A DNA stretch of 64,000 nt from Eledone cirrhosa. Its lineage: Eukaryota. Every line of letters starts with the position of its first letter. The first letter of the stretch is position 1. The stretch lies in contig OZ024753.1 of assembly GCA_964016885.1 (NCBI GenBank), positions 36,022,001-36,086,000 of the forward strand, in the 5' to 3' direction. Positions 53,454 to 62,400 of the stretch are shown piece by piece. A model generated the notes under the pieces. It had not been told where the DNA came from, ran no database searches, and saw only the letters and a program-made list of their open reading frames with translations. The translations under genes were made by a program, and so were the position numbers.

Positions 53454-56400
53454 CATCATTATGTAACATCCATTTTCCCTGCTAGCAAAGGTTACAAATA
53501 GCAACTTAATAATGAAACAAATAGTAATTTTAGTAAATCCCTCCACATTCTTAATGAATGAACTCGTAACTATGCCATGAAGCATGTTGTCTGGCACTTT
53601 AACAATTGTTTCTACTTTTGGCTCAAGGCCAGCAATTATCCCATTGTATTACAGGCGCTTTGCAGCAAAGAGTTACGGCCCTTTATGGTCTGAGTTCAAA
53701 TCCCAATACTGCCAAATAATTGTTTCTACTTTAGACACAACGTCAGCAATTTGAATAGGTGGGGGAAAGTCGATTAAATCGATACCAGTGTATTACTGGT
53801 GCTTTATTTTATCGACCCTGTAAGGATGAAAGGCTAAGCTAACCTTGGTGGTATTTGAACTCAGAACGTAAAGGTCCATAACTCTATGCTGCAAAGCATG
53901 GCGTCCGACCCTCTACCGATTCGATAACTATGTAAGTTGTAAATAATGTGGCATGGAGAATGCTAAAGAAGAAAGAAACTCACTTGTTGGCTGACGGACT
54001 TGATGATAGCTGATAATATTCAGACATTGTGGGAAGGAATTACTGATTATCTTCGTGGTGTCACAATGAAACTTGTTACATCCAAACACTAAATAAGAGC
54101 GATGGCTTTGCCAATAAATCATATCTTCGAATATGGTTATGCCAAATGGATAATAGATATACTGAATAAAATGTAGAGGAGGGGAAAAAAAAGAAAAAAA
54201 AGAAAAAAAAGAAAAAAAAGAAGAAATTTACTTATCATGTCTGTCATGAAAAATAATTTTTAATAAACTTCTAGTCTACAATAATTATTTCTAGTTTTGG
54301 CACAAGACCAGCAATTACCCCAGTGTATTACTGGTGCTTTATTTTATCGACCCTGTAAGAACATAAAGGACCATAACTCTATGCTGCAAGAGAGTTGTTG
54401 TTGTTGTAAATATACATAAATAGATAACTCTAGATTTTAATGTGAGTGTGTGTCTGTGAAACACATACATATACAGGTCTGAACACAAAGGAACCAAACT
54501 CCCACTGTCACTGTCTTTGTCTCTCCTGATCTTCCCATCTCTCACTATTATGAGCAAATGGGGGCCCATGCGCTGTCTGCCCTGTGACCCCAGCGGACAG
54601 AATAGAGAAGGTGTTTCCCTGGAGGATAGTGAAGGAGATGCACTGGAAGAGCTATTCCAGCTTGCGAGGCTCACACCTGCAGGTAGCCAACTCTGTGCCG
54701 ATGGTGGTGAGTAGGGAGGTGGTCCTAGGGCCAAGGACACCAGAGGTCTCCACTGCTACAGGTAGTCAACTCTGTGCTGATCGTGGTGAGTAGGGAGGTG
54801 GTCCTAGGGCCAAGGACACCAGAGGTCTCCACTGCTACAGGTAGTCAACTCTGTGCTGATCGTGGTGAGTAGGGAGGTGGACCTAGGGCCAAGGACACCA
54901 GATGTCTCCACTGCTACAGGTAGTCAACTCTGTGCTGATCGTGGTGAGTAGGGAGGTGGTCCTAGGGCCAAGGACACCAGATGTCTCCACTGCTACAGGT
55001 AGTCAACTCTGTGCTGATCGTGGGGAGTAGGGAGGTGGCTCTAAGGCCAAGGACACCAGAGGTCTCCCCTGCTATGGGCTCAACCTCAAACCTGTTGGAA
55101 AACGACCGATATTTAGAGAGATTACTCTCCTTGGCCTGAAGTGCAGCAGAGCCTAGGCTAGTCGCAGACTGCACCAGGTTGCTGCTGCTTGTTATCAAGC
55201 TTTGGTTCAACAATAACATCCAACAGACTTATGATCAAATGTATTCCAGTCATGACTATCACATTTGTATTGGCATATAGAAGGATTATATCATGTTATG
55301 GGATTTTAAATCAGAAGGGTGGGATTTAAAGGAGGTTTGCCTGTTATGTTGAACAAGTAGAGGATCTTGTTTGCCCATTTCTGTATATATCAATATAGTT
55401 AAGATATGCAAAGAAATTCTTAATGATTTGAAATTTTCCTCTTAGTTGGAGAAAGAATTCAAAACCCTGGAAGCATTTGTTATGCACAGGTATGTCAAAC
55501 TGAGGGTATACTGAGGGTCACTTGGGTCACATATGTGTTGTCTGAGGGCCACACGACAACTAATTGTGTACATTACACCTAATTTTGTTATTTTATATCA
55601 CAAAGATAAAACATGCTTGCACAGTAAAAACCTTTGTGGGGGCCGCAGGTGTGCTTGTAAAGGGCCGCATGTAGGCTGCGGGCTGCATGTTTAACATGCC
55701 TGGTTATACACATATACAACCGCACATACAGATACACATATGCGTCAGTGTGTTCGCAAAAAATTCTTGTATAAAAGAATACACAACTTACGTGATCATT
55801 AGCAAGAACCAATCTCCTACCACTACCATCATATTTACAAAAACTGATTGAGTTCAAACGTCTATCAATGAAATAAAGTCTTTTGTTTGGATAGTCTATT
55901 GTGAGACCAGACACCTGTAATATTCTTGTGGATATTATAACCATTCTGTTTTCTCCATCAAGATCCATACGTTCAATACGTGAATTACTTTCCCAGTCTG
56001 CCCAAAACATGTAGCGAATGCTGAAATATTTTCGAAAGCAAGATAATTAAATCTGACCCAACATATCCCAGCATAGAAAAGTTGACTTAAAAACAATGAT
56101 GATGAACTTGACAAAACAATTTAACCCTTTAGCATTTATATTACTCTATATATACTATTTTATTTTCATGGTAAAGACTTTATCTTACATAACTATCTCA
56201 CATAATATTGAATCTAAGAGATTTTGATATTAATTATTTTGAGAACAATACCTTAATGTCAGAACAAGTGGCCAGTTATGGACGGTTAAAACTGATTTGG
56301 ACAAAAAGAGGTGAGAGAATTCTGACCAGATACCGCCGGTTTGAACAGGAAGAGGTGAATAAATTCTGGTTGGATACAGCTGGTTTAAATGCTAAAGGGT

Positions 56401-59400
56401 TAAACCTGGATTATCAATCAATGACCTTGAAACGTTTATAAGAGATTTGCTACAAATAAAGATACAAATAATAACTTACCCTTCACGTGGATCAAGTACA
56501 AGGCCACTTGGAATGGTAATATTTTTATTGGTCAGAATGATTCTATGGTTACCGTCAAGGTCTGATATTTCAATTGTATCCAGTGAACTGTCTGTCCAAT
56601 ATAGATTGCGGCCAATCCAATCTACTGCAAGGCCCATGACACTTCCCACTCCTGAATGGATAACCTTTATATTAAAAATAAGTAAAAGTTTAAAGTTCAT
56701 AGCTAATATTGTACAATTATCAAGTACTAGGATTTTTTAAAACATGCTGACGCGTATGTGTATATATGTGTGGTAGCAGCCTGTGTCAGACGTAAAGAGA
56801 GAGTAGTAGTATGAGTCATAATAACAGTGGTAGCAGCCTGCATCAGACGTAAAGAGAGAGTAGTAGTATGAGAGTCATAATAACAGTGGTAGCATCCTGC
56901 ATCAGACGTAAAGAGAGAGTAGTAGTATGAGAGTCATAATAACAGTGGTAGCAGCCTGTGTCAGACGTAAAGAGAGAGTAGTAGTATGAGAGTCATAATA
57001 ACAGTGGTAGCAGCCTGTATCAGACGTAAAGAGAGAGTAGTAGTATGAGAGTCATAATAACAGTGGTAGCAGCCTGCATCAGACGTAAAGAGAGAGTAGT
57101 AGTATGAGTCATAATAACAGTGGTAGCAGCCTGCATCAGACGTAAAGAGAGAGTAGTAGTATGAGAGTCATAATAACAGTGGTAGCATCCTGCATCAGAC
57201 GTAAAGAGAGAGTAGTAGTATGAGAGTCATAATAACAGTGGTAGCAGCCTGCATCAGACGTAAAGAGAGAGTAGTAGTATGAGAGTCATAATAACAGTGG
57301 TAGCAGCCTGCATCAGACGTAAAGAGAGAGTAGTAGTATGAGAGTCATAATAACAATGGTAGCAGCCTGCATCAGATGTAAAGAGAGAGGACTAGTATGA
57401 GATAGTCATAACAGTGGTAGCAGCCTGCATCAGTGAATGTTAGACACAGTTTTCTGTAGTTTGTCGTCACCCCTTCTTTCCTCAGTCATCTCTAGTGTGT
57501 GATGGAAGGATGGAGGGAAGTCACACAAATTTATATATAGATGATATGATAAAGCTATATGGATTGAAAAACTGAAGAAGAACCCTAGAAAAACTTTACT
57601 AAATATATGTAAAATCTTACTGTTGCTTTATGTTAAAAATAATAAATAAATGTTTAAATTTCATAGATAAAGTATATTATAAATTGTTTCTATTTTAGGC
57701 ACAAGGCCAGCAATTACCCAGTGCATTACTGGTACTTTATTTTATCAACCCCGTAAAGATGAAAGGCAAAGTCAACCTCGGCGAGATTTGAAATCAGATC
57801 GTAAAGGGACGTAACTATGCTGGAAAGCATGGCATCCGACCCTCCACCGATACTGCCAATCCACCGCCCTGTATATTATAAATAAGAGCTGTTTACCTGT
57901 CTGTCTGTCACACATATGTAGAAATGAGAGGAGATGGGAGATAACTTATCTCCTGCTTATAGATTATTGCAAACTTAAGAATCATCAAGGGTGAGAGGTA
58001 ATGATGGAAAGAGCTGTTGGAAGGGGGTGCCTTGTTCTTGTATTATACTATATATATGAATAATTGTTTCTACTTTTGGCACAAGGCCAGTAATTACCCA
58101 GTGCGTTACTGGTACTTTATTTTATCGACCCCGTAAGGATGAAAGGCAAAGTTTACCTCGGTGGGATTTGAACTCAGACGATAAAGGACTGTAACTCTAT
58201 GCTGCAAAGCATGGTGTCCAACTCTCTACCGATACTGCCAATCTAACACCACTATATATATATGAATAATGTTGCACAATTTCTCTTTTGTACCATAATG
58301 TGTAATATCTATGTATCTATGTATTTATATATGTATGGTCCCGTAACTCCTGATGGAGTTGTAGGGGCACCGTATTGACATACAGCGTTTCTTGGGTATT
58401 TAAAGCCCGGCGGAGCCCTTCCCTCTCCAGGCCTGAGTACAGCAGATTTCTTCCAGAGGAAGATAGACAGTGAGAGAGAGAAGAAATGAGAAAAAGATAT
58501 AGAGGAAGAATCGATCCAGGTATTAGACTGGTACTTTTTTTATCGACCTTGAAAGGATGAATGGCAAAGTTGACCTCGGCGGGATTTGAACTCAGAGAGT
58601 AGAGAGCTGGAACGAATTCCATAAACCATTCTATCCGATGTTCTAATGACTCTGCCAATTTGCCACCTGTAATATCTATATGAATTAATTAACAGGATGA
58701 AAATCCAAAGAAAAAAAGAATTAAAAAAATTACAAGATAAATATAAATTCTTACAGATTTTATTGATGGAGATGAGGTACCAGTTTTAATTCTGTAAATT
58801 TTGCGTATGAAAAAGTCAGACAGATAGATAGATTGGGTAGTGATGTCAATGGCAACAGCTACTAGATAGTGGCTATTATCAACAGGGATTTCACTGTATT
58901 CTTGTAAATCAAGGCTGGAGTTGTAAAGAGAATGCCGAGCAACAATCATCAAAGAAGCCCTCGTAGAATCTGCAGAAAATGATAAAAAATATCAAAAACA
59001 AAATGAAAACAACCGGAAAGTGTTAGGGACTCTTCAATATCAAATATATACATAATATATGGTGGCTGCCAACTCGTTTTCGAGTACGGCCACTACTTTA
59101 TATCCATGTAGGAGAACCCCTACCGATGCGCTGAACGAGTGTGACTTTTTAGTCCAGCCAGCGACTTGAAAACTCTGGTACAAACACTACACTTGTGACA
59201 ATTATTGACACATAGTGCTGGGCCTATGGTACCATGTGACGACAAGTGCAGAGAGATCTCCAGATATAAAGCAATGCCTGTGCCGTGAAGCTTTTATAGT
59301 GAGCAAAGGCACTGCACAAAGCCAGTCCCACTCTCTTAACCAAGATGATATTTACCAAAAAGAAGAACAAGTCAACATTATTGGATACCATCAGGGTATC

Positions 59401-62400
59401 ACATAATATATATATACATACATACATACATTATACATACACACTTAATAGAAAAAGATGGGACATTAGCACTAGTCCAATAACAGGGTATATAAACCCA
59501 CTGATGCCCCTCTTTTTCCATTCAGTGGGTTTTTATACTCTATTATTATTAATCCTTTAGCATTTAAACCGGCCGTATCCGGCCAGAATTCTCTCACCTC
59601 CTCTTTCTGTTCAAACTAGACATAACCAGTCGCTCATACTGATGTTAAGGTATTTTTCTCAAAATAAATAATATCAAAATCTCATAGATTCGATATTATG
59701 TGAGATATTATGTGAGGTAAAGACTTTATCGTAGAAATATAATAGTAAATATAGAGTAATGTAAATGCTAAAGGGTTAAACTATTTCATTTAATCAAAGT
59801 TATGGCAAAATCTTTTTATTCAACTTTCAAACTCTGCTTGCAGTTTTCTAAACATACATTCTTTGATTACTAATAATATATTTTTATCTTAGAAAAAACA
59901 AACTATAGAATGTAAACTTTAATAAATAGAAAAGAAATTTCGTCCTCACTATCAATAACGTGACATTGAGTTTTTTCCAGGTAATAACCAGCTTCACATT
60001 CACATTTGAAAGAACCTTCGAGATCTGTGCATTTTTGACTGCAGGCTCCAGGAGGGTCACATTCATTAAAATCTGCATAGAAATTAAAATAATATAAAAT
60101 TATTACTCAACATTTTACTAAGGGAAATCTTTAGTAAGGGAAATTCCCCCACACTACTGAGAAGTCAGGCAGGATGGTGACCTAGTGTCCTGTAACACAC
60201 ATACATGGCCCTAGTCCATTGAGACATCAGACAGGGCAGTGTCCCAGGGTCCCATAACTTACACACATACATGGCCCTAGTCTATTGAGAGATCAGACAG
60301 GGAAGTGTCCCAGGGTCCCATAACTTACACACATACATGGCCCTAGTCCATTGAGAGATCAGACAGGGCAGTGTCCCAGGGTCCCATAACTTACACACAT
60401 ACATGACCCTAGTCCATTGAGACATCAGACAGGGCAGTGTCCCAGGGTCCCATAACTTACACACATACATGGCCCTAGTCTATTGAGAGATCAGACAGGG
60501 CAGTGTCCCTGGGTTCCATAACTTACACACATACATGGCCCTAGTCCATTGAGAGATCAGACAGGGCAGTGTCCCAGGGTCCCATAACTTACACACATAC
60601 ATGACCCTAGTCCATTGAGAGATCAGACAGGGCAGTGTCCCAGGGTCCCATAACTTACACACATACATGACCCTAGTCCATTGAGAGATCAGACAGGGCA
60701 GTGTCCCAGGGTCCCATAACTTACACACATACATGACCCTAGTCCATTGAGAGATCAGACAGGGCAGTGTCCCAGGGTCCCATAACTTACACACATACAT
60801 GGCCCTAGTCTATTGAGAGATCAGACAGGGCAGTGTCCCTGGGTTCCATAACTTACACACATACATGACCCTAGTCCATTGAGAGATCAGACAGGGCAGT
60901 GTCCCAGGGTCCCATAACTTACACACATACATGACCCTAGTCCATTGAGAGATCAGACAGGGCAGTGTCCCAGGGTCCCATAACTTACACACATACATGG
61001 CCCTAGTCTATTGAGAGATCAGACAGGGCAGTGTCCCTGGGTTCCATAACTTACACACATACATGACCCTAGTCCATTGAGAGATCAGACAGGGCAGTGT
61101 CCCAGGGTCCCATAACTTACACACATACATGGCCCTAGTCCATTGAGAGATCAGACAGGGCAGTGTCCCAGGGTCCCATAACTTACACACATACATGACC
61201 CTAGTCCATTGAGAGATCAGACAGGGCAATGTCCCAGGGTCCCATAACTTACACACATACATGACCCTAGTCCATTGAGAGATCAGACAGGGCAGTGTCC
61301 CAGGGTCCCATAACTTACACACATACATGGCCCTAGTCTATTGAGAGATCAGACAGGGCAGTGTCCCTGGGTTCCATAACTTACACACATACATGACCCT
61401 AGTCCATTGAGAGATCAGACAGGGCAGTGTCCCAGGGTTCCATAACTTACACACATACATGACCCTAGTCCATTGAGAGATCAGACAGGGCAGTGTCCCA
61501 GGGTCCCATAACTTACACACATACATGACCCTAGTCCATTGAGAGATCAGACAGGGCAGTGTCCCAGGGTCCCATAACTTACACACATACATGACCCTAG
61601 TCCATTGAGAGATCAGACAGGGCAGTGTCCCAGGGTCCCATAACTTACACACATACATGACCCTAGTCCATTGAGAGATCAGACAGGGCAGTGTCCCAGG
61701 GTCCCATAACTTACACACATACATGACCCTAGTCCATTGAGAGATCAGACAGGGCAGTGTCCCAGGGTCCCATAACTTACACACATACATGACCCTAGTC
61801 CATTGAGAGATCAGACAGGGCAGTGTCCCAGGGTCCCATAACTTACACACATACATGACCCTAGTCCATTGAGAGATCAGACAGGGCAGTGTACCAGGGT
61901 CCCATAACTTACACACATACATGGCCCTAGTCCATTGAGAGATCTGACAGGGCAGTGTACCAGGGTCCCATAACTTACACACATACATGGCCCTAGTCCA
62001 TTGAGAGATCAGACAGGGCAGTGTCCCAGGGTCCCATAACTTACACACATACATAACCCTAGTCCATTGAGAGATCTGACAGGGCAGTGTACCAGGGTCC
62101 CATAACTTACACACATACATGGCCCTAGTCTATTGAGAGATCAGACAGGGCAGTGTCCCAGGGTCCCATAACTTACACACATACATGGCCCAAGTCCATT
62201 GAGACATCAGACAGGGCAGTGTCCCAGGGTCCCATAACTTACACACATACATGACCCTAGTCCATTGAGAGATCTGACAGGGCAGTGTCCCAGGGTCCCA
62301 TAACTTACACACATACATGTCCCTAGTCCATTGAGAGATCAGACAGGGAAGTGTCCCTGGGTTCCATAACTTACACACATACATGACCCTAGTCCATTGA

